From the NCBI GenBank assembly GCA_947085205.1, contig CAMTVO010000002.1, forward strand, positions 1 to 37,373: a stretch of DNA of 37,373 bases. The letters run 5' to 3'. This document shows, piece by piece, positions 26,762 through 34,907 of the stretch. Each line of letters begins with the position of its first letter. The first letter of the stretch is position 1. A program made the translations under genes and the position numbers. The stretch comes from an uncultured Nitrospiraceae bacterium. GTDB lineage: Bacteria > Nitrospirota > Thermodesulfovibrionia > Thermodesulfovibrionales > Dissulfurispiraceae. The notes below the pieces were generated by a model that was given only the letters and a program-made list of their open reading frames with translations, did no database searches and was not told where the DNA came from.

Positions 26762-27739
26762 TCAGATTACCTTTAATCCGTATTGCTCTATAAGCCTCAG
26801 GTCGTCATCAAATGTCCTGCCTGTGGTTGTGAGATAATTCCCTGTGAGCAGAGAGTCTGCACCTGCCAGAAAGACCATTGAGTTGAATTCACCGAGTATC
26901 TGCATCCTGCCGCCGCAAACCCTAATCTCTTTTTCGGGAAGGATAAGCCTGTAAAGACTTATAATCTTAAGGGCTTCAAACGGGTGGAGGAAGTCTCTGT
27001 CACCCATGGATGTGCCTTTGAGGGGTATTAGAAAATTGATAGGCACAGAATCCACATTTAATTCTTTTATTGCAAAGGCCATGTCTATCCTGTCCTGCCA
27101 TGTTTCCCCTAAGCCAAATATGCCTCCTGAACAGATGGAAAGTCCAACAGCTTTTGCTGCATCAATTGTTTTAAGCTTGTCGTAATATGTATGTGTTCTG
27201 CATATCTCAGGAAAGAATCTCTCTGATGTTTCGAGGTTGTGGTGGTAGCGTTCAAGGCCGCTTTCTTTAAGAAATGAAAGTTCTTCCTTATCCATAAGTC
27301 CCAATGTTGCGCATGGAAGAAGTCCTATGCCCCTGATAGCTTCAACCATAGACGCTATCTCTTTTAGCTCATTTTTTGCTATCTTCCTGCCGCTTGTTAC
27401 AACACAGAATCTTTTCACCCCTGCGTCCCTTGCCTCTCTTGCCTTTTCGAGAACCGCATCTTTTTTTACGAGCGGATACATCGATATATCGGTTTTGCTT
27501 TTTGAGGACTGGGCGCAGTAGGAGCAGTCTTCCGGACATGCGCCTGATTTTGCGTTGACAATAGAACACAGATCAACAGAAGCGCCCCTGAATGTTTCTC
27601 TTATCCTGTTGGCAGCAGAGAATAGATTAAAAAAGGGTTGAAGGCTGAAGGCTGAAGGCTGGATTTGAACAAGCTGGAGCGCTTCTTCTTTGGTTATTGA
27701 ATATCCGCTTAAGATCTTGTCTTTCAGGTTGTCAATCAC
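26762..27739 (-). CDS. bioB: Biotin synthase
   Basis: NAKSGACPEDCSYCAQS (CxxxCxxC), YHHNLETS, CSGGIFGLGE, SVPINFL, GNYLTT. Confidence 0.97.
   Translation of the reverse strand: MIDNLKDKILSGYSITKEEALQLVQIQPSAFSLQPFFNLFSAANRIRETFRGASVDLCSIVNAKSGACPEDCSYCAQSSKSKTDISMYPLVKKDAVLEKAREARDAGVKRFCVVTSGRKIAKNELKEIASMVEAIRGIGLLPCATLGLMDKEELSFLKESGLERYHHNLETSERFFPEICRTHTYYDKLKTIDAAKAVGLSICSGGIFGLGETWQDRIDMAFAIKELNVDSVPINFLIPLKGTSMGDRDFLHPFEALKIISLYRLILPEKEIRVCGGRMQILGEFNSMVFLAGADSLLTGNYLTTTGRTFDDDLRLIEQYGLKVI
27633..27661. repeat. 7-nt tandem repeat (GAAGGCT)x3 inside bioB
   Basis: aagggtt gaaggct gaaggct gaaggct g, encoding QPSAFSLQP on the minus strand. Confidence 0.8.
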
Positions 27740-27749
27740 AGACGCTCCC

Positions 27750-28025
27750 CTAATACCTTATCCTGAAGTCGCTGAAGCCTTCAAGATGGTTTTCCCAAGA
27801 GACATCAATGTCTGTAACCCTTGAGGTAGGAGGCCCTTGTTTGCATTTCGAGATTGCCTGTTCTATCAATTCCCTTTCCCCCTCAAAGACCGCCTCAACT
27901 CTTCTGTCAGGAAGGTTTTTGACCCATCCTTTAAGTCCGAGGGAGTCGGCGATTTCCTGAGTAAAAGCCCTGTAATAAACTCCCTGAACCTTTCCTGAAA
28001 TGTAAAGATGCGCCTTTGTTTTCAT
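27750..28025 (-). CDS. acyP: Acylphosphatase
   Basis: GKVQGVYYR, GWVKNLPD, GPP, FRIRY. Confidence 0.95.
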   Translation of the reverse strand: MKTKAHLYISGKVQGVYYRAFTQEIADSLGLKGWVKNLPDRRVEAVFEGERELIEQAISKCKQGPPTSRVTDIDVSWENHLEGFSDFRIRY

Positions 28026-28060
28026 GGTTCTATGATATCATTTCAGGCTGTATTAAAGGC

Positions 28061-29011
28061 TTAATTTTCTTTTATCGGAGTTTCTGTTATTTTGATTTCT
28101 TCCTCAGGAAGGAGTCTCTTGGCTCCAATGAAACGCTTCAAGTAGTAAGGGCTTTCGAGGCTGTCGATGGTTATTTTCTTTGACCTTGTGGATGCATGAA
28201 TAAAGAGGTTATTTCCTAAGTATATGCCGACATGCGACGGGAAAGGCGCGTATGTCCTGAAAAACACCAAATCTCCTGTGGCGAGATCTTCTTTGTCAAC
28301 GGATTCTCCAATGCGGAACTGCTCTCTTGCGCTGCGGGGCAGCTCTATGCCTGCAACACCATATACCCTTTGAACATATGCAGAGCAGTCGAGTCCGAAT
28401 GAGCCGTTGCCGCCGAATTTATACGGAAGATGAAGCATCTTCTTTGCAAACAGTATAAGTCTCTCCTTCATGCTCATTTTTGAGAGGTCGTTTGAATTCG
28501 ATATCTCCTTTACCTCTGCCAGTCTTGCCGATGTTATGACAGGTGTTGCCTTCCTGTCGTAATTCGCTTGAATTGTCTTAATATCCTCCGGCTCTTTAGC
28601 ATCAGAAGCTGATTTTGAGACAACAATTTTCCGGCCTGTTTTCAGAGAATTACTTGTAAGGCCGTTTATTTCTTTAAGCTCTTCCACGCTTATATCGAAC
28701 TTTTTTGCAATCCTCCAGATGTTGTCTCCTTTTTTAACGGTATATGCAGTTTCCGTATCCTTATGCGATTTTTCCTTCGGGAGATTTTTACGGGCAGCTT
28801 TCCTGTCGTCATTTTTTATCCGTATTTTCTGTCCGACCTTCAGTTTGTTGGTTTTGAGAGAGTTAAGCCGTTTTAATTCCGATTCTGAAACATCGAATTT
28901 TTTTGAGATTTTGTATAACGAATCGCCGTTTTTGACGGTATAGGTCGTGTCTGCATAAGCGGTCGAAGCTAAGAAAAGCAATAGCGCTATGAATGCGAAT
29001 GTTTTTTTCAT
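28061..29011 (-). CDS. Secreted 2xLysM + NlpC/P60 peptidoglycan endopeptidase
   Basis: Signal peptide; YTVKNGDSLYKI and YTVKKGDNIWRI LysM starts; PYKFGG, DCSAY, HVGIYLG, FIHAS. Confidence 0.95.
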   Translation of the reverse strand: MKKTFAFIALLLFLASTAYADTTYTVKNGDSLYKISKKFDVSESELKRLNSLKTNKLKVGQKIRIKNDDRKAARKNLPKEKSHKDTETAYTVKKGDNIWRIAKKFDISVEELKEINGLTSNSLKTGRKIVVSKSASDAKEPEDIKTIQANYDRKATPVITSARLAEVKEISNSNDLSKMSMKERLILFAKKMLHLPYKFGGNGSFGLDCSAYVQRVYGVAGIELPRSAREQFRIGESVDKEDLATGDLVFFRTYAPFPSHVGIYLGNNLFIHASTRSKKITIDSLESPYYLKRFIGAKRLLPEEEIKITETPIKEN

Positions 29012-29120
29012 TAATTCCTCCTCCCGTCCAAATGGGTATTGTCAAAACTTTTTAAGCAAAAATGCTTAAAGCCATTTGTTTTCAATATATTGTGTTAATA
29101 TTGTTTGTCCCCCCTTTGCC

Positions 29121-29317
29121 TGTTATTCCGCCCTCCTTTAATCTGGATTCTCTGGTCAAGCCAGAGAATGACGAAAAGCAGAGGTCAAACATGCCCTCTG
29201 ACTTGATCAGGGGGCCAGAGAATGACAAGGAAAACAATGCCATTCCCGATGCTACCACTTTGTCATTCCCCGATTTAATCGGGGAATCCAGAGGGCAAGC
29301 TTAATCGGGAAATCCAG
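29121..29317. repeat. Second cluster of nested REP-like palindromes
   Basis: CTGGATTCTCTGGTCAAGCCAGAGAATGAC; a second copy with a 25-nt insert; GTCATTCCCCGATTTAATCGGGGAATCCAG. Confidence 0.85.
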
Positions 29318-29396
29318 TTACTTAATTTGATTTGTTCTTTTCATATTCCTCACTCTTTTTTCATAAAACTTTTGACATTACCTCCAAATGTTGGAA

Positions 29397-29948
29397 TTAT
29401 GCCGCTTCATCTTTTAAAAAATCATTAATAGGAGGCAGATCGCTTAAATTCTTAAGTCCGAAATACTGCAAAAACTCCTTTGTAGTGCCGTAAAGAAACG
29501 GCCTGCCAGGAGTCTCTTTTTTTCCGATAATCTTGATGAGTCTTTTGTCCAACAAATTCTTGACAGCGCCGTCTGAGTTAACCCCCCGTAACTGGTCTAT
29601 CTCGAGCTTGGTTATCGGCTGCTTGTAAGCTATAATTGCGAGCGTCTCGAGTGTCGGTGGAGACAGTTTATTGCTCTGGTTGATATTTTTGAACTTTTTC
29701 ACCCACATCGAAAAATCAGGGTTTGTAACCATCTGGTAGCCTTCGGCGATTTCTGCAATCAATATGCCTGAGTTTCTGTCTCTGTATTCTGCCGCCAGTT
29801 CATCCATTAATTTTTTAATCTCGGATTCAGGCATTTCTGTTGCCTTGACAATGCTGTTTATCGGAACAGGCTCTCCGGCTACAAACAGCAAGGCTTCTAT
29901 AGCTGCTTTTTGAAGATGTTTGTTGGCTGAAACTCCTGTCTCTTCCAT
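29397..29948 (-). CDS. scpB: SMC-Scp complex subunit ScpB
   Basis: IEALLF, LETLAIIAYKQPITK, RGV, PGRPFLYGTTKEFLQYFGL. Confidence 0.96.
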   Translation of the reverse strand: MEETGVSANKHLQKAAIEALLFVAGEPVPINSIVKATEMPESEIKKLMDELAAEYRDRNSGILIAEIAEGYQMVTNPDFSMWVKKFKNINQSNKLSPPTLETLAIIAYKQPITKLEIDQLRGVNSDGAVKNLLDKRLIKIIGKKETPGRPFLYGTTKEFLQYFGLKNLSDLPPINDFLKDEAA

Positions 29949-29956
29949 TGCCTAAA

Positions 29957-29999
29957 ATTATAACAAAAAATGGCATGTAATGCAAAAAAATGGTATAGT
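29957..29999. promoter_or_regulatory. Overlapping divergent sigma70 promoters for scpB and the DsbC-like gene
   Basis: Minus: TTGCAT-N17-TATAAT (29985..29957) with TG extension. Plus: TGGCAT-N17-TATAGT (29971..29999) with TG extension. Confidence 0.7.
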
Positions 30000-30033
30000 A
30001 ATTCAAAATATTATCGTAAAGGAGCGATATTCG

Positions 30034-30834
30034 ATGATTAATATCAGGATGTTATTTTTTGCGGCAATGTTTTTTGTGCTATCTATAAATCTGTCTGTTC
30101 AGGCAAAAACTAATGGCATAGAAGGCTGTGGAGCGAAAGACTGCAAGGAGTGTCACAAAATAAACAGGCAGGACGTTGAAGATATTTTCAAAAAACTAAA
30201 TGCAAAGCATATTAGGATACTGGACATCCGGATGAGTCCCGTGAAGGGTTTATGGGAAGTGTCTATGGAAGATAAGGGACAGAGAGGGGTTATATATATT
30301 GACTTTTCAAAAAATTATGCGGTTACCGGTTCTATAATATCGGTGCAGACCGGTCTGAATGTAACGCAGAAGAAGGCTGAGGAATTAGAAAAGGATAGAA
30401 GGGTTGATGTTTCTAAAATACCATTAAATGACGCCCTGATTATGGGCAATCCAAAGGCTTCTAAAAAGGTCGTTATGTTTACAGACCCCGGCTGACCTTT
30501 TTGCGTAAAGCTTCATCAGGAGATGAAGGCGGTTATAGAAAAGAGGAAAGACATTGTTTTTTACATAAAGTTTTTCCCTATAAAAAAAGAGACGCAAGAA
30601 CAGATAAAGAGTATTGCCTGCAGCAAATCATTAACAATGCTTGATGACGCATACGCTAAAAAAGATATTGCTGTTTTAGATTGTGCAAAAAATATCAGTA
30701 TTGAAAAAATGACAGAACTTGCAAAATCACTTGGAATCAGAGCAGTGCCTACTTTAATAATGTCAGACGGGAGAATACATTCAGGTTATGTCCAATCAGA
30801 ACAATTAATAGAAATAATTGATGGGAGGCGATGA
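30034..30834 (+). CDS. dsbC: DsbC/DsbG-like periplasmic thiol:disulfide isomerase, probable selenoprotein (UxxC) with N-terminal CxxCH
   Basis: ORFs 29980..30495 and 30523..30834 are in one frame, joined by FTDPG-TGA-PFCVKLHQE. Signal peptide; SPVKGLWEV dimerisation region; GIRAVPT cis-Pro loop; AAGGAG SD before ATG 30034. Confidence 0.85.
30496..30546 (+). promoter_or_regulatory. Putative bacterial SECIS element
   Basis: Perfect 7-bp stem CTTCATC/GATGAAG (30511-30528) with AGGA loop 22 nt after the UGA. Possible lower stem CCTTTTT (30496-30502) with AAAGAGG (30540-30546). Confidence 0.7.
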
Positions 30835-31694
30835 AAACCGCGCCGGACACTGTTGTTGTTTTTTTATTAGCCTCCGTCTTTGTCCTGATACTGCTTTTTG
30901 TTTTTTTAGTTTTTCTGCCCCGCCTTTTAAAGAGAGAAGACCAAAAGACAAAAACAACCGACATGGAGTCGGTTGTTCATGCATTCCGCTCGCTTGGAGA
31001 CGAAATAAAATCCCTTAAAGACCAGCTTGTTACGAAAGAGCGGCTTGCAGCACTCGGAGAAGTATCTGCAGGAATAGCCCATGAATTTAGGAATCCGATG
31101 GGCGTTATAGCAGGTTATGCAAGGTTGCTTTTAAAGAGCTTTGAAGAAAATGACGGTAGGAGGGAGATTGTTCATGGCATTCTAAAAGAGATAGGCGAGA
31201 TGAATCGCGTCATGGAGGAGCTTTTAAAATTTTCGAAGTCGGAACCGATAAAAAAGGATAACATGGACATTACAAGAGTCGTCAGAGATATAATCCGGAA
31301 CTTTGCCAGAACTTTAATGAACCATGGGAAAAAAATGGAATTCGCTTTAAACGATAAAATTGCAATCAAGGGAGACGAGACATTGCTGAGGCAGGCAATA
31401 AGAAACCTTATTCAGAATGCTTTTGATGCCGGAGATAAAGTATGGATAAATATCGAGAAGGGGGTTTATCTCAATAAAGAAGGCGTATTTATTGATATTA
31501 AAGACAACGGCAGCGGAATACCGGAAGATAATTTGAGCAAAATATTCATGCCCTTTTATACGACAAAGAGCGGCGGCTCAGGAATAGGGTTGGCTCTTGC
31601 GCAGAAGATAATTATGGGGCACGGCGGGAATATCAGCGTGGAAAGCAAAGAAGGCGAAGGCAGCATGTTCAGGCTGTTTTTGCCAATGGAGTAA
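30831..31694 (+). CDS. Single-TM NtrB/PilS-like histidine kinase
   Basis: ERLAALGEVSAGIAHEFRNP H-box, NLIQNA, DNGSGI, FMPFYTTK, GSGIGL; ATGA overlap with the dsbC stop. Confidence 0.93.
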   Translation: MKTAPDTVVVFLLASVFVLILLFVFLVFLPRLLKREDQKTKTTDMESVVHAFRSLGDEIKSLKDQLVTKERLAALGEVSAGIAHEFRNPMGVIAGYARLLLKSFEENDGRREIVHGILKEIGEMNRVMEELLKFSKSEPIKKDNMDITRVVRDIIRNFARTLMNHGKKMEFALNDKIAIKGDETLLRQAIRNLIQNAFDAGDKVWINIEKGVYLNKEGVFIDIKDNGSGIPEDNLSKIFMPFYTTKSGGSGIGLALAQKIIMGHGGNISVESKEGEGSMFRLFLPME

Positions 31695-31696
31695 GG

Positions 31697-33046
31697 GTGC
31701 AGACAATTCTCATAATAGAAGACAAAAAGAGCATGGCGGATATGCTGGCTAAAACCTTCCAGTCCGAAGGTTTTAATGTAAAGACAGCACATAATGTTAA
31801 GGATGGTATTGCCTTACTTTCATCAGGTGTCTTTGATGCTGCGGTTACAGACCTGAAGCTGCCGGATGGCAACGGTATGGAGATACTTAAAGCAGTAAAG
31901 GAAAGCTTTCCTCTCACACCTGTTATTGTAATGACCGCTTATGGAAGCATAGAAATCGCTGTTAAAGCCGTAAAAGAAGGCGCTTATGATTTTATTACCA
32001 AGCCCTTTGACCCTGAACACCTCCTTATGATAATAAGGCGTGCTATAGGAGAGAGAAGCATCGAAAAAGAAAATCTTATCCTTAAAAAAGAATTTCAGAG
32101 ATTTCTGAAAATGCCCATGATGGTCGGAGTAAGCATGGCATGGAATGAAGTGATGGAAAAGGTGAAAAAAGTTGCGCCGCTCAAAACCACTGTCTTAATC
32201 TTAGGCGAGAGCGGCACCGGAAAGGAGCTCATAGCAAGGACAATCCATCACCTGAGCCAGAGGTCGAAGGAATCTTTTGTTGCTGTTAATTGTGCGGCCA
32301 TACCAAAAGATTTGATAGAGAATGAGATATTCGGACATGAAAAGGGGGCATTTACAGGTGCGGCAGAGATAAAATTAGGGAGATTTGAACTGGCAGATAA
32401 AGGCACAATCTTCCTCGATGAAATAGGAGATATGGAAATGCCTTTACAAACAAAACTCTTGAGGGTTTTACAGGAAGATGAATTTGAAAGAGTTGGAGGC
32501 ACCAAGACAATAAAGATTGATGCAAGGATAATTGCAGCGAGCAATAAAAACCTTGAAAGGGAGGTTGCTGACGGGCGTTTCAGAGAGGATTTGTTTTATC
32601 GGTTGTATGTATTTCCTATAGTCATTCCCCCTTTGAAGCAAAGGAGAGATGACATTATCCCTCTTGCAAGGCATTTTATATCGGTATTTTCTAAGGATAT
32701 GAACAAAACCGAGCCGTCTATATCTCCAGAGGTCGAAAACATACTTCTACAGAACGAATGGAAAGGAAATGTGAGGGAGCTAAGAAATATTATGGAAAGG
32801 GCGGTTATTCTGTGTGACGGACAGACACTTTTGTCATGTCATCTCAGTGGAGAAGGTCTGCCTGTGAAATTGCGCCATGATGCGCCTTTGCACGAGGTCG
32901 CAGAATCAGCCGCAAAGTCTGCCGAAAAGGCAAGAATAGAAAATGTCCTTAGACAAACACACGGAAACAAAAGCAGGGCAGCGGATATTCTCAAGGTCAG
33001 CTATAAGACGCTTTTGAATAAGATAAAGGAATACGGGATATTATGA
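31697..33046 (+). CDS. Sigma54-dependent response regulator (NtrC/PilR-like)
   Basis: Receiver domain (IIED, DLKLPDG, KP), GESGTGKE, GAFTGA, FLDEIG, C-terminal Fis-type HTH; GTG start. Confidence 0.95.
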   Translation: MQTILIIEDKKSMADMLAKTFQSEGFNVKTAHNVKDGIALLSSGVFDAAVTDLKLPDGNGMEILKAVKESFPLTPVIVMTAYGSIEIAVKAVKEGAYDFITKPFDPEHLLMIIRRAIGERSIEKENLILKKEFQRFLKMPMMVGVSMAWNEVMEKVKKVAPLKTTVLILGESGTGKELIARTIHHLSQRSKESFVAVNCAAIPKDLIENEIFGHEKGAFTGAAEIKLGRFELADKGTIFLDEIGDMEMPLQTKLLRVLQEDEFERVGGTKTIKIDARIIAASNKNLEREVADGRFREDLFYRLYVFPIVIPPLKQRRDDIIPLARHFISVFSKDMNKTEPSISPEVENILLQNEWKGNVRELRNIMERAVILCDGQTLLSCHLSGEGLPVKLRHDAPLHEVAESAAKSAEKARIENVLRQTHGNKSRAADILKVSYKTLLNKIKEYGIL

Positions 33047-33161
33047 TATGTAGCAAATTACCCATCATTATGAACGCAGTTACATAAAACTACATGATAC
33101 CAATCTCTCAGGCTCTCGTAAACACATTGAAAATAAAAGAAAATCCTAATTTATAGCCTTA

Positions 33162-33177
33162 TGGCATTTTAATTGCT
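33162..33177 (+). promoter_or_regulatory. Sigma54 -24/-12 promoter of the pilin cluster
   Basis: TGGCAT-TTTAA-TTGCT matches TGGCAC-N5-TTGCW. An ATGTAG/CTACAT inverted pair (33048-33095) is a candidate enhancer site. Confidence 0.85.
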
Positions 33178-33189
33178 ATAATTAATTTT

Positions 33190-33660
33190 ATGAAATACAT
33201 CGGACAAAAAGGCTTTTCACTCGTTGAGCTTCTAATAACTATTGCAATTATAGGAATTGTGGCTGCAATTGCAATACCAAATTTTATAAGCTACCAAAGA
33301 AGCTACAAATTTACTGACTATGCCTCTCAGATTGAATATCTTATTAAGTATGCAAAGATATATGCTATGGAGAGAACAACTAATGTAGGTATTTGCGTAA
33401 GCGGCAGCGAACTTACAGTCAGGAATATAGGAACAAGCAGGAGCGCAGGAATCTGCAGCGGCAGTGTTGTTAGTACGATGACGGTCCCAGAGAGTTATAT
33501 TACCATTGCAGGCTCAGGCGCTTCTTTTGACCCGAGGGGTGTAGCAATATGGAGCGGCTATGTTTGCGTTAGCTATAACAATAAGTATTCTAAAATGTGC
33601 ATAAGCAAGGCTTCTTTAAGAAAACAGGAAGGTTCTGGGGGATGTTCGCCATGCTCATAA
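33190..33660 (+). CDS. FimT/FimU-like type IV minor pilin
   Basis: KG|FSLVELL prepilin motif, AIPNF, SFDPRG; 6 Cys. Confidence 0.85.
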   Translation: MKYIGQKGFSLVELLITIAIIGIVAAIAIPNFISYQRSYKFTDYASQIEYLIKYAKIYAMERTTNVGICVSGSELTVRNIGTSRSAGICSGSVVSTMTVPESYITIAGSGASFDPRGVAIWSGYVCVSYNNKYSKMCISKASLRKQEGSGGCSPCS

Positions 33661-34007
33661 AATCTAATGAAGGGTTTTCTTTAATTGAGGCGCTTATTGC
33701 AGTTGCAATTCTGGCAATAGGCATTGTAGGGCTTGTAACGCTGATGGGTGTTTTTGCAAAAGACACTGTTAACAGGACTCTTATTAACTCCCTTCTGGAT
33801 GCTGCTTCAAGCGGACTTAACCAATGCATGTCTGTCAGTTCAACAACAAGTCCGCTTACCTATATATATGAAGGTAATTTGACTGTAACAGTTAACCTGA
33901 GCGGTTCGTGTAATCCAGCGGTAAATAACTGTAATACTGTAACAGCCACAGCAACTGCACAAGGTAAAAGCGTTGTTCTGACGACATTAGTTTGCAATTA
34001 CAACTAA
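33651..34007 (+). CDS. PilV-like type IV minor pilin
   Basis: EG|FSLIEALIAVAILAIG; start reassigned to ATG 33651 (or 33642); 4 Cys. Confidence 0.85.
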   Translation: MLIKSNEGFSLIEALIAVAILAIGIVGLVTLMGVFAKDTVNRTLINSLLDAASSGLNQCMSVSSTTSPLTYIYEGNLTVTVNLSGSCNPAVNNCNTVTATATAQGKSVVLTTLVCNYN

Positions 34008-34022
34008 TATGGAGTGAATGTG

Positions 34023-34901
34023 ATGAGAATAGACAATAAAGGTTTTTCGTTAGTTGAACTCTTGATGGCAATTGTAATAAGTCTGATTGTATTGGGCGCA
34101 ATTGTTCTTGCTTATACAGGCTCTCTAAAGGTATTTAAAGATGTCAAAAGCATATCAGATACGATTCAGACAAAAACTCCCTCTATTGAACTGCTTGGAC
34201 GATATTTTGACAGATGGGGAGTGGGGGTGGTGTCGCAGCAGGAAAAGGCAACTTGCACTCAATGTCCACAGTATCAGAGGATAATGACGATTACCACAAC
34301 GAACGGCTGTTCAGATATAACTTTCTATGGAAATTTATACGGCTTTGGTTTTGTGCAAAGCATAAGCGGGGCAACAGCGAATTTAATAAGCTGTAGATTA
34401 AGCAGGAGTTCCAATCAAAATTGTTATGTGATATGGAGGGATAGCATACCCCAGAACGACATTTCAAGCAATAATATACTGCCCGTGGGGCTTTCCTCAA
34501 ATTTAAGCGCTAATAATGCCGACTGTTCTGCCCTTGCTTCTGGAACTACATCTAATGCAACTGTAAGTTCAACCCTTTCGGACAAGACTGTTCAGGCAGG
34601 AGATATTATACAAAGAACCCCTCACAAGATAAGGCTTTATTGCGCTAATAATTCTAATGATGGCAATAGAAAATGGCTCTATGTGGATTTGACCGACCAA
34701 TCTGCAGGATACTGTGCAGATAATGAGTCTGCTTCTCCCATCACTCCTGTTGAGAGTTTTACTGTTTCAGCATTAGGAGGATGTACGCCTGCAAGTGGCA
34801 ATTGCAGAGCTGTTCAAGTCTCTGTAACATTAAGGAGTCAGTCACAAAAATATGCAGGACAGTTTGATACATATACAGTAACAAAGGTTTTTGGGAGGTG
34901 A
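34023..34901 (+). CDS. PilW-like type IV minor pilin
   Basis: KG|FSLVELLMAIVISLIV; C-terminal RAVQVSVTLRS; 10 Cys; GGAG SD before ATG 34023 (GTG 34014 alternative). Confidence 0.85.
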   Translation: MRIDNKGFSLVELLMAIVISLIVLGAIVLAYTGSLKVFKDVKSISDTIQTKTPSIELLGRYFDRWGVGVVSQQEKATCTQCPQYQRIMTITTTNGCSDITFYGNLYGFGFVQSISGATANLISCRLSRSSNQNCYVIWRDSIPQNDISSNNILPVGLSSNLSANNADCSALASGTTSNATVSSTLSDKTVQAGDIIQRTPHKIRLYCANNSNDGNRKWLYVDLTDQSAGYCADNESASPITPVESFTVSALGGCTPASGNCRAVQVSVTLRSQSQKYAGQFDTYTVTKVFGR

Positions 34902-34907
34902 GAGAAA

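Noticed and set aside
29980..30834. Two separate CDSs (171 aa and 103 aa) as in the ORF track
   Set aside because: Same frame, with the break at the active-site position. ATG 29980 lies inside the predicted promoter and ATG 30523 lies in the hairpin stem.
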